A program made the position numbers and the translations under genes. This document shows, in pieces, positions 27,681 through 40,939 of a stretch of 64,000 nt of DNA. The stretch lies in assembly GCF_006345805.1 (NCBI RefSeq), contig NC_043005.1, positions 41,416,001 through 41,480,000 on the forward strand, in the 5' to 3' direction. How positions within the stretch are numbered: position 1 is the first letter of the stretch; every line of letters begins with the position of its first letter. The notes beneath the pieces are model-generated. The model had not been told where the DNA came from. It worked only from the letters and a program-made list of their open reading frames with translations, and did not search any database. The stretch is from Octopus sinensis. Lineage: Eukaryota.

Positions 27681-27772
27681 TTCAGGTCACTGCCTGCAAT
27701 CGAACTCAGAATCTTGGGGTTATTAGTCTGCACTCTTAACCCCAAGATTCCAAGTTCGATTCCAGGCAGTGA

Positions 27773-27807
<35 letters not shown>

Positions 27808-28952
27808 GTAATAATAATAACATCGAAAACTACCTTAGGAATGAGAAATCAAGTTCAAAATTTCCCCAAGACACCTGATGAAGGCGAAACGTTATATTAA
27901 CGTCAAACAAGATGAGGACAAATATCCTCAAATGTAAATAATGTAAATAATGTATATAATTCGTCTTCTCTTAAATATAGAACTGTATTAAAAATAATCT
28001 GTTACTATATTGCATAATCAAGTTATAGTATCTACTTTGAGGTGTTACATGAACAGATTTCAATACTAAAAATCGTAAATAAGTGCTAGCTAGAAGACTT
28101 TGTTTTAATAAAATTATGTCTTTTGTACAATGATAGTAAAACTGGAAATTACATCACCAGACATTTCCAACCATTATATAAGCTACGTAGCCTGTCTGTC
28201 TATCTCTCTTACACACATACACTACTGTTTTTACTTTTTCCTTTAAAAATTAGGAGAATGTTAAGCATGTTTGTGTTGGCATTTGCTGCAGTTGATATCA
28301 ACAAGTTTCAAATATTGTAGTTGATGTTTAACCCCCTCTAAGTTAGCTTTGACTAAAGATATTCCAGCCATGACTATCTTATCTACTTGAACATCTTGGA
28401 CTACACTATTCACTGTGTATTCTTTACCCTTTAGCATTCAGATTATTCTGCCAAATGTAAAGCTTTTTCATTCAAATTATTTTTTAATTAATCCTGCATT
28501 ATCTCAGTTTTGAAACTTTGATGATGTGATTGTATATTTTATAATGGCATTGAAGGGTAGGCATGATAGGCTGGATCTGGCTGGCCAAACATAAAACATG
28601 TAGCATATTTGGGTCGGATATGGTAAGTTTAAATGCTAAAAGATTAATCAGACGGTAAGGAGTAATCTGAGGGTGGTTCCTCTGCTATTTTAGAATAGAA
28701 GTAAGGGCTTTATACTTCCTTGTTGATGCCTGTAGTTTTCAGTGAAAAAAATCATATAAAATAGCAGAATGGTTCTGATAGCTCAATTTTGGAAGAAGTC
28801 TGTTCACTCTATTACAAGGTTCTCTTGTGATTAGAGACATTTGAACTCAATAAAGTAAAATCAAAAAGTATGTAGTATTATCAAAGATAATGGTTGCATC
28901 TCCATAACTTAGCAGTTTAGCAAAAGAGACTAGTAGAATAAGTACCAGGGCT

Positions 28953-29379
28953 TACTCTTTACTCTTTTTACTCTTTTACTTGTTTCAGTCATTTGACTGT
29001 GGCCATGCTGGAACACCACCTTTAGTCGAGCAAATCGACCGCAGGACTTATTGTTTGTAAGCCTAGTACTTATTCTATCAGTCTCTTTTGCCGAACCACT
29101 AAGTTACAGGGACGTAAACACACCAGCATTGGTTGTCAAGCGATGTTGGGGGGACAAACACAGACACACAAACACACACACACACACATATATATATACA
29201 TATATACGACGGGATTATTTCTGTTTCCGGCTACCAAATCCACTCACAAGGCTTTGGTTAGCCTGAGGCTATAGTAGAAGGCAGCTGCCCAAGGTGCCAT
29301 GCAGTGGTACTGAACCCGGAACCATGTGGTTCATAAGCAAGCTACTTACCACACAGCCACTCCTATGCCTAAAAAAAGA
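28953..29379 (-). mobile_element. SINE family A, full length, with 13-bp TSD
   Basis: aagtaccagggct at 28940-28952 and 29380-29392. Confidence 0.92.
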
Positions 29380-31712
29380 AAGTACCAGGGCTGATTTATT
29401 CAACTAAAGGCAGTACCCAAGCATGGTCACAGTCTAATTAGTGAAACAAGTAAGCGATAAAAGATATTGCCCCTCATTATATAATTGGCTTATGTAATGA
29501 CGAAGACAAACAGAACAATATGCTCTAGTTGTTATTGATATATTGACAGAATTTGAACTGACAATCTTTGGTCTTAAGTCATCTTAATAAACTCATAATA
29601 AGTAAGTCTAGAGACACCTATATCACCAGGTTGATTTAAGGATCGTTTTATAACCTGTCTATAATTGAACAGCTAAAATATACTGTAACTGCACATCAAA
29701 ATGTTTATTATGTATATAAGCTCCAAGATATGAGACAAATACATAATAGCAAACAAGTTAGATAATTAATGACATATATTTATAATTTAACATCGATTCA
29801 ACCATCACTTATTGCATTAATCTTAATAAATCTAATATCTTTCAAAATTCTGATTAATTTCTTTGATTAAAATATCATGCCTACTTTACATAAAATCTTC
29901 ATCATCTCCACTCTGTTATTATTTTGCTTATTAACATAATATTAATGATATGGTATTTTTATTGTCAGACAGAATTCCTATTAAAGAATGAGGTAATTAT
30001 TAGTTGCAGCCATTTCAATTGCGTTGCCAATATCTTAGAGAAAGCTAAGGTGGTGAGCTGGCAGAATTGTTAGTACACCGGGTGAAATACTTACCAGTAT
30101 TTCATCTGTCTTTACATTCTGTGTTCAGTATACTGCCGAGATTGGCTTTGCCTTTCATCCTTTCTGGGTTGATAACATACGTACCAGTTGAACACTGAGA
30201 ATCGATGTAACTGGCTTATCCCTTACCCCGAACCTACTGACCTTGTACCAAAATTTAAACAAATATCTTTGAGAAAGCTGTGAATGTCACAGTCTTTTCT
30301 ATATCTCCTTGCTTGTTCGGGGTTTTTGTGTCCCACAAAGATATTGTTTTTCTTTTTGCATTTATTTATATTCATTTATTTACTTGAAGTGCTGACTGGT
30401 TTACTTAGCAATACTTCAATGTTTCAAATTGAATCTTTGAAGTTCAGGTATTACCAAATTTGATTTAACTTTTCATCTTTTATTTATACGTGTCTACAGT
30501 ACATTTGTAGGAGGAAGTCACAGCTTAGCAGTAATTTGTCTGCTGTTATGTTCTGAGTTCAAATTCCACTGAGGTTGACTTTGCCTTTAATCCTTTCGGG
30601 GTCGATAAATTAAATACCACTTACGCACTGGGCTTAATGTAATCAACTTAATCCCTTTGTCTGCCTTGTTTGTCCCCTCTCTGTTAGCCCCTTGGGGACA
30701 ATAAAGAAATAAGATTGTATCCAGACCACTGCAAAGCAATTTTGAGAAAACCAGACTAACCATAGCACATGAGAGACACCAAAGAAGGAGAGACTCATCA
30801 TCATGACTTCTATCTGATTGAAGCCTACGTATTAATCCCTAGTGCCATAGTGTGCCAGAGCTTGTCATTCTAGGACTGGTTTCATAGTCACTAGGGTAAA
30901 AAAACACCTTCTCGGGTCATGCTAACTCATAAGGACCAATTTCCTGGTTTCCATGGCATATATATTCCCCACCTGAACAGAACACTGGATTATTCATTTT
31001 TGCCAGCTGAGTGGACACTGGAGCATTGTAAAATGAAGTGTTTTTCTCAAAATCCACAATCTTATATATATATATAACATAAGGGGCATCAGCCATCTGA
31101 ATGTGGCTAGGGACAGGGCAGGGCGGTGGGGGTGTTACTGATGCATTTAGCCCCAGGCGATCATCAATGTCACCAGGAGGGCTGACACCATCTCGGTGTC
31201 CTCTAGCCTGCAAAGGGAGATCATTCCCCGAAGAAGCGAATGCTACATACGGACCAGGTTTCAAGGTATTTGCCTATTATCAACGCATGGTAAGCACCGC
31301 TCTCCGACGAATAACTCTCTGTACAGGCTATATTTTTAAGGATTTTCACAGTAAACACATTTACTGATGTAGAAAATCCGTTCGAAAGCAATAATAAATC
31401 TCTAAACGAGATATAAACAGTAACTGCTCTATGACATAAGGGGCATCGGCCATCTGAATGTGGCTAGGGACAGAGCAGGGCGATGGGGGTGTTACTGATG
31501 CATTTAGCCCCAGGCGATCATCAACGTCACCAGGAGGGCTGACACCGTCTCGGTGTTGGTATGTTTACATCCCTGTAGCGTAGTAGTTTGGCAAAAGAGA
31601 CTGATATATATGTCTGCATGTATGAGTATGACATTAGAAAATAAATGATATAATCATTTGAATAAGCACGATTGTTTAAGAAAAGTAATTTCGAAATAGA
31701 CTGTTATAATAC

Positions 31713-31802
31713 CATCATTCGCCGATCTTCTCTTGTTGCTTTTACTAGTTTCTGCATCTCTTTCAAAGCCTCTCCAGAGAGAAGAGTATTCTTCTTGATA
31801 CC
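31713..31802 (-). CDS. DNAH5/DNAH8: Dynein heavy chain exon: GIKKNTLLSGEALKEMQKLVKATREDRRMM (acceptor may instead be at 31841, adding 13 aa)
   Basis: gtatta donor, phase 0. The basic/acidic REDRRMM run joins LDRRH as EKEAKRAL joins LDARH in DNAH5. Confidence 0.8.
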
Positions 31803-33839
31803 CTGTCGATTAAAGTGTATAAATTTAGAAAAAAATCTTTTCTGGAAACAAAAACAGAAACAATTAGCAATGCAAATGAACAGTCTTTGAACAGTTGACA
31901 CTTTACAGATGGAACACAGTTAGCATAAACACTTTCCCCACTCTCCTAACACACATAAAGAGAAGTATGCTTACACACTTTGGGAGAGGGAGATTAGGCA
32001 GGGAGGGAGGGATTGAAACATAAAACGTCCGATGTCAAATGAGTCAGCATCGATTCAACCAATGCCAAATAGGGAGCGACAAAAAGGCTGTGCCAAAACG
32101 TCTCATGCCTTCTTTACCAAGTATCAAATCTCTCCAACAGGATAACTACACACCAACCAATCAACAAGATAACAATATGCTGCCAGAGAAGCATAAACAA
32201 TGTAATGGGGTGGGGTGGGGGTGGGTGAGGTGAGGTGGGGGGTGCGAGGCTATGAATGTAATGAATGATACTGACAAGCTGAGTTGTTATTTAATACAGT
32301 AGGGGAAAGAGAAAGAGAATAACATAAACAGAATATGGATTGATTACTATGAAGATTTTGACAGCAACTCATACTCAAAGACATTGGAGACACTGTACAT
32401 AAACAAAAGAAATCTCCATACTAAGGCTGTATAAACACATCATATCAAAATTAAAAACATCAACAACACTACAAATTAATAAACAGATTATAAAATCAAT
32501 CTCCATAAGAAGAGAAATCTTATTTTTCTAGGTGATTCCTTATTTTCTCTGCTTCCATCTTGAAACTTACAAAGAGATCAAACTGCTATTGTATAAAATT
32601 TTTCTTTTAAAATTTAATTAATTAGTGAAAGGAGTGATGGTTAATCCCCATGGCTTTTGTAATCTCCTTTAGATAGCTGAGATTAATGATAAGAGTATGA
32701 GAGATGATTAAAGGAGAACTGGATTCATTGAATAGATTTGGGTGGAGGTAGTATACAGACTGTTGGTTCTAAAGAGCAGATGATTAAGTTTCTGTGGAAG
32801 AGTCAAAGAGAATAAGCTCATCACCATCATTTATCATACACTTTTCCATTTTTGCATGGATCAGATGGAAATTATTGAGGCAGTTTTTCTACAGCTGGAT
32901 GCCCTTCCAGTCACCAACCTTCACTTGTTTCCAAACAGGTAATGCTTACTTCCCTATGGCCAGATATGTTTTTCATGGAAGACAGGAAACAAACTAAATT
33001 GCTTGTATGATAGTATTCCCATTTATAATTACCACATGATCAGAGTAAATAACGAACAGAGTCAAGACTATTAAAACTTTTGCAAGATGCAGCGAAAATT
33101 TAGGAAAATAAAAATAAGAAATAAGTGGAAATTTTACCAGTGAATGTGTTACATTATAAGGCACAAAAAGAAAATGCCTCTCCCCAGCTTTAACTAAACA
33201 CTAATATCCTCTTCCACTCTAGGCATAAGGCCCAAATGTTTGGTGGTGGGTGGCAGTTGATTAGATCGACCCTAGTATGCAACTGGTACTTAATTTATTG
33301 ACCCTGAAAGGATGAAAGGCAAAGTTGACCTCGGCAGAATTTGAACTCAGAATGTAAAGACAGATGAAATACTGCTAAACATTTTGCCTGGCATGCTAAC
33401 ATTTCTGCCAGCTTACTGCCTTAACTAAACACTAATATCAACAGGAAAATGGTGCTATATTTGAAATGCAGAAGGAGAGTAGTAATTAATGTTAAATGAT
33501 ATACTAAATGCAAACAATAGGTATTTCAAAGGCACAGTGGGTCTGAGGCAAGCTGACATGGAAGGATTCCATTTACAATGGCTATATACAGAAGTAGTTA
33601 ACAGTAACAGCACTCATGAAATGGAGTCTTACATATAACGGAAAAAGATGGTTTGAAATAGTTGATGGCTTCTGTAACCTAGATACCCGAATTCAATAGA
33701 AAAAATGAGTGGTGTGTAAGCATAGTTATCAAAATAACCAAGTGGAAAAATTTTTTAGTGAATTATTACCTCTGCTGGCAACAAAGGGATTCTTTTTTCT
33801 GAGAAAAAAGCGAATTCTATGTTTGTGCAATAAAGTGTT

Positions 33840-34240
33840 GTGTTGTATAGTTGCAAAATATGGGAGCTGAAAGTTGAGACTCTACAGAATTTCTGATAGA
33901 CTTGCGATGTCTATATAACAGAGCACAAGTGAATGTACTGAGATGAAAATGGACCTTAGAAGTATTAGCCATAATGAAAATGAGAGAAGATGGCATTGGT
34001 ATGGACATGTGGAGTATATAACAAATGATAGTCGGGTAAAAAAAGTGCTGAATGAGGCTAAAGGAAAGAACCTGTGACACAGAAATTCCAAAAAATACAT
34101 GGTAAAAGGTAATGAAGTCTGATAGTAGAATGCTGGGCTTCACAAAAATGGTAACAGGGACCATGACAGCTGTGAAACATTGTGTTAAAATGGACCTGTC
34201 AGAACATGGAAAAAGCATATGTAAAACTGATGATGAGGAT
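33840..34240 (+). mobile_element. Decayed RTE LINE 3' fragment
   Basis: WYGHVE-like remnant at ~33995 followed by a (gat)n tail; ends ~35 nt from the donor of exon 34274. Confidence 0.6.
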
Positions 34241-34273
34241 GTAAATGTTTTGAATATGAAATATATTACCAAC

Positions 34274-34323
34274 CTTTGATAGAGGTCTTGAAATAGAGCC
34301 AGATCTTTTCTTTACATCTTCCA
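34274..34323 (-). CDS. DNAH5/DNAH8: Probable N-terminal dynein exon: (V)EDVKKRSGSISRPLSK
   Basis: 50 nt, strong tttttgttctttcag acceptor, AAG|gttggt donor, phase 1/0. Supported by frame compatibility only, no homology recognised. Confidence 0.6.
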
Positions 34324-36619
34324 CTGAAAGAACAAAAATTGTATTTGTTGAAAATTTTAGATCAGATTGGAAAGAGAGTAATTGATTTAGGGTTAGTGCA
34401 CAGCAAAGCAGACATTATCAGCAATCAAAAAGTACTATAAAACATGACTAAAATACCAATCACAATATTGTGATATATCACAATGTCAATATTGCACTAA
34501 TCAAAACTTCTCATTAATCACTTTAGATTCATTCAACTCATTAGTTTCTCCTCTTCCTATAACTCATATTGTTTACCTCATTCCCAATCACACAGGCTTC
34601 ACACTAATCCCTTAATCGATCAATCCTTTCCTCTGGATTTGCATCCCACTGGAATTGCTTTCTTGCTCTTGTTTTTTTCTGTTGTTATCAGCCAGTATTT
34701 GTACTAGATGAATGTCAGTCTCATCCACCTCATTAGCATGGAAGGTCATTTGAAAGTCAAGGACACATCCTCTTCCTCCTAACTTAACTATTAAAGAAAA
34801 TTCCTTTTTTTTTCCTTTCTAATAATATAAATACCTTGTGTCCAGAGTGTAATGCTTTATTAAACTTTAAGACACAATAATACCATCACTGTGACCACTA
34901 CTATATACTCTGCTCACTGCTAAAGTCCTTCTATAATGAACACTGCCAACATTGTGATTTATTTATTTTATATCAATCATTGTAAACAATAGAATTGTTG
35001 GTTACAGGTTTCTAATCAGCTCATCACTGGTTCACTGCTTTACTATATGCCTTATCTATAATTTAATCAAAAGTGAGCATACCATAACAGTAATGAGGTA
35101 AATTGGCAAAATCATTAAATCATCAGATAAAATATTTTGTATTATTCCTTTTGGTTGTCTGTGTTGCAGTTTCAAATCCTACCAAATCTCCTCTTATATT
35201 TTCACAAACCACATGTTTCATTTCTCTCTAAGATGTAAATTTCTCAACCTCTATCTGCAATCCATCTCCATTATCCAGGATAGGCACCCTGCTCAAATAT
35301 CTCTCCAAAAGGTGGCGTCTGAGTATACCTGGGCTCCATTCTCATTGTCCCTCATCAGTTTCACCTGGATTTCAACAATAATGCATTCCTATTTCTCTTT
35401 TTCAAATTCTTCTTTTCTCATTCCCCCAAATACATCTGCACCCTCTATCACTTTCCTAATTCACCCCTTTCTTCCTCAAATTCCTCGTCTTCAACATGCA
35501 AAACTTCTCATTGCTGCCCAAATCCTTCCACACTATTATCGCAAGCAAATTGACCCAGTCAACTAATTCCTCATTACTTTCACTTCTAACATCTCTCTCA
35601 CTCTCTCTCTCTCTCTTCCCCACTCTCTCTTTCTTGTCAGTGACCAGTAGCATGTCTTCTGCTGAGCCAGATCCACTGATGACCTATTCACTTACATCAT
35701 TCTCCTCTCATATAATTCTTGCAGATAATGGCTTGCAACAGCTTAAATGAAACATTAATGACATCAGTCACACCAGTCTTGAATGCCTTTAGGGTACATG
35801 GGCTTCGCTCTTTCCTCCAGACTAAGCAAATGAACATATAAAAACAAAAACTTTGCCTGTCATATTTTTGGGGTCACTAAATAAAGTAGCAACCCAATGG
35901 TGAAGATTGGTTTTGTCATTCTCTGGAAGAAACTGGCTGTGGTCAAGGCTAGAGAAGGATGTGTTCTTCCAGGTTTAGATGTTTGTCTCTTACCAAAATA
36001 TCAGGACACTGCCATGAAAACTTCATCAGGAGTTAGGAGAAGACATTATGGTACTAAAATTACACCACCAAACCATCTACCTTTTCTACAATAAGTCATT
36101 CCTACTCCATCACCACCACCACTGCCACTTACAACACTAATGACATTTTACCATGTTGCAGTATCTCTTTTGTGTTAATTCCTTTGACTCCATGTGGAGC
36201 ATAGGACATCAACAAGTGATCTCCATTTGTCTGTTTTGATCATTGGAAATGGATTGTAATTGAACCTAGGTTATAACTGATTGACAGAGCCTCAGCTTCT
36301 GTGGATCTTGTTGTTTTTGGTTTGCCACACTTCCATCTCCTTTGAGGTGTCCCTAAAAGGGTTTGTCTTGTAATGTTGGAAATGGGTTTCTGTAAAGTGT
36401 GTCTTAACCAATTTCATTTCCTCCTCTTGATCTGGGTTTTGATAGGTTGCTCATTTACCTGCACACACAAAGCGTTCTTTCTGAGTCTCAGTATTTCTCA
36501 ACGATTCTTTTGCCTTGGACCCCTTTTATTCCTATTTTACTCTGACAGACAGATGAAGGGGAGGTGGAATACTTATCCATTCAATTTCTAAAAACTCCTA
36601 TTATATTTTTATGATTAAA

Positions 36620-36751
36620 TAGTTCCGGGTTCAGTCTCACTGCGTGGCACCTTGGGCAAGTGTCTTCTACTATAGCCTCAGGCCGACCAAAGCCTTGTAA
36701 GTGGATTTGCTAGACAGAAACGGAAAAGAAGCCTGTCGCATATATGTATAT

Positions 36752-36798
<47 letters not shown>

Positions 36799-37450
36799 AT
36801 ATAAATATATGTATGCATGTATATGTTTGTGTGTCTGTGTTTGTTCCCCAACATTGCTTGACAACTAATGCTGGTGTGTTGGTGTGTTTATGTCCCCGTA
36901 ACTTTGTGGTTTGGCAAAAGAGACTGATAGAATAAGTGGTTGGCATTAGGAAGGGCATCCAGCTGTAGAAACTCTGCCAGATCAGATTGGAGTCTGGTGC
37001 AGCCATCTGGTTCACCAGTCCTCAGTCAAATCATCCAACGCATGCTAGCATGGAAAGCGGACATTAAATGATGATGATGATGATGAAATTGATCCCAGGA
37101 CTTATTGATGATTTTCTTTTTCTTCTTTTAAAGCCTGGTACTTATTTTAGTGGTCGCTTTTTGCCAAACTGCTAAGTTATGGGGACGTAAACACACCAAC
37201 ACCAGTTGTCAAGTGATGGCAGTGGACAAATACAGATATAAACACCCCACCCCCACACACACGCATGCACACACACAGACACACACAGACACACACACAT
37301 GATGAGCTTCTTTCAGTTTCTGCAATGCTTTGGTTAACCCAAGGCTCTAGCAGAAGACACTTGCCCAAGGTATCACGCAGTGGAACTGAACCCAGAACCA
37401 TGTGGTTGGGAAGCAAGCTTCTTATCTCACAGCAACACTTGCACCTATTA
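36620..37450. mobile_element. SINE A (+, 36620-36930), RTE-type tail (36935-37085) and SINE A (-, 37090-37450)
   Basis: Homology to the other copies in opposite orientations. Confidence 0.85.
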
Positions 37451-38486
37451 ATCATGTATTATCGTGTAGCTTTGAAATTTCAAAGATATGATTGTTATAT
37501 TTAGAATGACATTACAGGGTAGGTGTGAGAGGCTGGATATGACCTGTTTAAATGCTAAATAGTTAAATAAGTCTTGAATTAGCATCGCCACCTTTAGTAC
37601 ATAGCTTAATTAAAAAGTGCACTCTAGCATAATATTAACAGCACAGGTACCGTGACCTAATGAGATGATGATTTAATTATAATCTGCTGCCATATTGGTC
37701 ACTACTTTTACTAACATGTCCAGCACCATATGCTCATGTTACCACCCACACCATTTCTACCCTGGCCAAAACACTACCACCCCTAGCTCAGTCCAAACTT
37801 TGATAAAATCTGCCAGCGATAATTGGACACCACTGAGAAGGCCATCTCATTCGAGCAGTCAATATTTTCTTTCCGTGCAGTAAGTGTTTACATAAGACAT
37901 TGCAATCTTTTACACAATAACATCCATCGACTGCAGCTGTTCTGCTAAAGCTGCAATTGACTTTGATGTGTTTATATCTAAGTAGCCAATCTGAAATACA
38001 CACATGCACACACACACACACACACACACGCAAACACACACACACACATTTACAACACACACACATACACACTCACACACTCACACATACACACACATAT
38101 TTACGACACACTTGCATGTGTGTGTGTGAGTATCTATGTATGTATATATATATATATACATATACACACACACACACATATATATATACATATACATATA
38201 TATATATATACATATATATATACACACATATACATATATATATTCATACATACATACATACATATATATATAAATATATATATATGTTTATAAATACATA
38301 CATAGATATATATGTGTGTGTGTGTGTGTGTGTGATGAATAACAACATCAAAGTTGTTGGTTTTCTCCATTGCTTGTGTGTACCTCATGACAAAAGACCA
38401 TGACAAGTGGCACAACTTGTGTGACCCTATGCCAGCATAGAAACCCAACCTGCAAGATGTAAAACAATGACAATGATGATGATGAT

Positions 38487-38533
<47 letters not shown>

Positions 38534-38949
38534 TACGCATACATACACACATGTACATATGCGCACACACAAATACATGTGTTTGTATATATAGCTTGAC
38601 CAATAAACCCATTAACTCCACCAACTCAACCAAGATCTGTCGTCAATAGCAACAGATGTTGACCAATTAAAACCTGTTGTTCCAGCTGCAAAGTGCTTCA
38701 ACCTACTACCTTTGTAACCACTACCACCCACAATAATTACCACTGCCGATAATGATGATGATAATGATGATGATGAGGTGGAGAAGGAAGAGCATGATGA
38801 TGATGATGATGATGTAAACTGTATTGGCTTTTGTGAAAAATAAATTGTCAGGAGGCAGAGGGTAGAGAAATTGGATATGGAAGAGAGGAATAGACTGGTA
38901 TATAGGATTTTATGGTCTTATCTTGTTTTCAGCTTGATGCTAGTTAGAA

Positions 38950-38971
38950 CTGGTCTTGTAGCAGCAGTAGC

Positions 38972-39009
<38 letters not shown>

Positions 39010-39071
39010 CAGCAGCAGCAGCAGTAGTAATAGTGGCAGCAGCAGCAACAGTAGTATTAGTAGTAGTGGTA

Positions 39072-39114
<43 letters not shown>

Positions 39115-39300
39115 CAGTAGCAGTAGTAATAATAGTAGTCGTGGCAGTAGTAGTAGTGGCAGCAGCAGCAGTATTATTATTACTATTATTATCATTATTA
39201 TTAGTAGTAGTAGTAATAATAGTAGTCATAGTAGTAGTAATAGTCGTTGTAGCAGTAGTAGTAGCAGCAGCAGCAGTAGTAGCTGTTGTAGTTGTTGTCA
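38950..39300 (+). repeat. Compound (GTA/GCA/GTG/TTA)n trinucleotide microsatellite
   Basis: Directly visible; source of the poly-V/T/L pseudo-ORFs. Confidence 0.97.
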
Positions 39301-39717
39301 CTTAGATATGGCTATAGTTGCAACACGTCCCAGGTCAATTCACTGAGACTGTTCACTGGTGACACCAAAGCGTTGTTGTTATAAAGCTGCTCTATGCATG
39401 TACCTGTATGTGTTAGTGTCAGACCCCCACAGGCAGAGTTGACATAACATCTGAAGAATTTTATATTGTTTATCTATTAGTAACCTATTAGCGTCATGGT
39501 TTCTTTACTGAGGTCAAATGTTGTGTTTGTTACTATTTAGAATGTGTGTTTTAAGGTGGTGAGCTGGCAGTTTTGTTAGTACTGTCAGGCAAAATGTTCA
39601 GCGGTGTTTCGCCTGTCTTTATGTCCTGAGTTCAAATTCAGCTGTTCACTCTAATCCCCCCTCTGAAATTGCTGGCCTTGTGCCAAAATTTGAAATCGCT
39701 ATTTAGAAAGTGATTAA

Positions 39718-40343
39718 CCTTTTTGTTACTGAATATATTTTGAGATGCTCTGTGTTTCTTTCAATTATTTTAAATATTACAAAGAATGGCTGTGTGGTAA
39801 GTAGCTTGCTAACCAACCACATGGTTCCGGGTTCAGCCCCACTGCGTGGCATCTTGGGCAAGTGTCTTCAGCTATAACCCCGGGCCGACCAATGCCTTGT
39901 GAGTGGATTTGGTAGACGGAAACTGAAAGAAGCCTGTCGTATATATGTATATATATATATAAGTGTGTGTGTATATGTTTGTGTGTCTGTGTTTGTCCCC
40001 CTAGCATTGCTTGACAACCAATGCTGGTGTGTTTACATCCCCGTCACATTAGCGGTTCGGCAAAAGAGACCGATAGAATAAGTACTGGGCTTACAAAGAA
40101 TAAGTCCCGGGGTCGATTTGCTCGACTAAAGGCGGTGCTCCAGCATGGCCGCAGTCAAATGACTGAAACAAGTAAAAGAGTAAAGAGTAAATTTAGTAAA
40201 ATAACTTCATTATTGTTTAGCTAGTGTTAGGAACATAAATTGTGACTAACGTTTGGTGGAAGATTTTAATTCAAAACTTATGAAAACAAGACATTTGTAC
40301 TACAGAGCCAGAGCTGGTTTCAGTTGGGTTGGTAACAAAAGGG
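39718..40343. mobile_element. Second copy of piggyBac-type MITE family 1, split by a SINE at ~39785-40190
   Basis: Both halves are reverse-complement homologous to 19510-19731; TTAA at both ends. Confidence 0.85.
39785..40190 (+). mobile_element. SINE family A, near-consensus copy with CpGs retained
   Basis: Complete head, core and aaagagt tail. Confidence 0.92.
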
Positions 40344-40939
40344 TTAAGGTACTTTTGTTCATTTTTTTTTGTGTGCGAATGTCACTGAAATGTTGAATAT
40401 GATGCTAAATAAATATCAGTGGTTAGCAATATTTTTGTTTTCTTGTTCCATTTGCTCTTGCTAATTTTTAAAAAATTAAATTTACCACTCCACCTCACTG
40501 CTTTGTTCCGCCATAATAAACTAACCGATAAAGAAAAAAATTTTAAATACTGTTTTTAAAACATTTCACATTACAATAAAATACAGCATGTAACAATGCT
40601 ATTGCAACTATAGCTGTGCAGTCATGGCTGTGTGGTAAGAAGTTTGGTTGATTTCCAACCACATGGTTCCAAGTTCAGTCCCATTGCTTGGTACCACTAG
40701 TGTAGGTAGAGTTTGTGCTCCCTGGGGCAGCCCTTCAGTTTGCTGCCCCTGGGCCCCCACAAAAATACATATTGCCAACAGTAGACCCAAAAGTGACACT
40801 GCCCCCATAAAAGTTCCACCTAGGCAGACAATACCCTCTGCATCCCTCTAGCTACACAGGTGCATGGCACCTTGGGCAAGTGACTTTTCCTATGGCCTTG
40901 GGTTGACCAAAGCTTTGTGAATCCTATAATTCTTTTGTA

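Larger units (their letters stand above)
24485..27945. mobile_element. Fold-back (palindromic) element with ~150-bp inverted arms and inner tRNA-like inverted arms, split by the R4/Dong insertion
   Basis: 24485-24650 is the reverse complement of ~27790-27945 (ccttcatcaggtgccttggggaaatttcg...tcattcctaaggta). Inner inverted pair at 27681-27780 carries B-box GTTCGATTCC. Confidence 0.85.

Noticed and set aside
38871-39305. ORF-track proteins rich in V/T/L/I/Y/H/C (also at 3779, 4223, 27390, 37957, 44574, 59137 and others)
   Set aside because: Translations of microsatellites, not genes.
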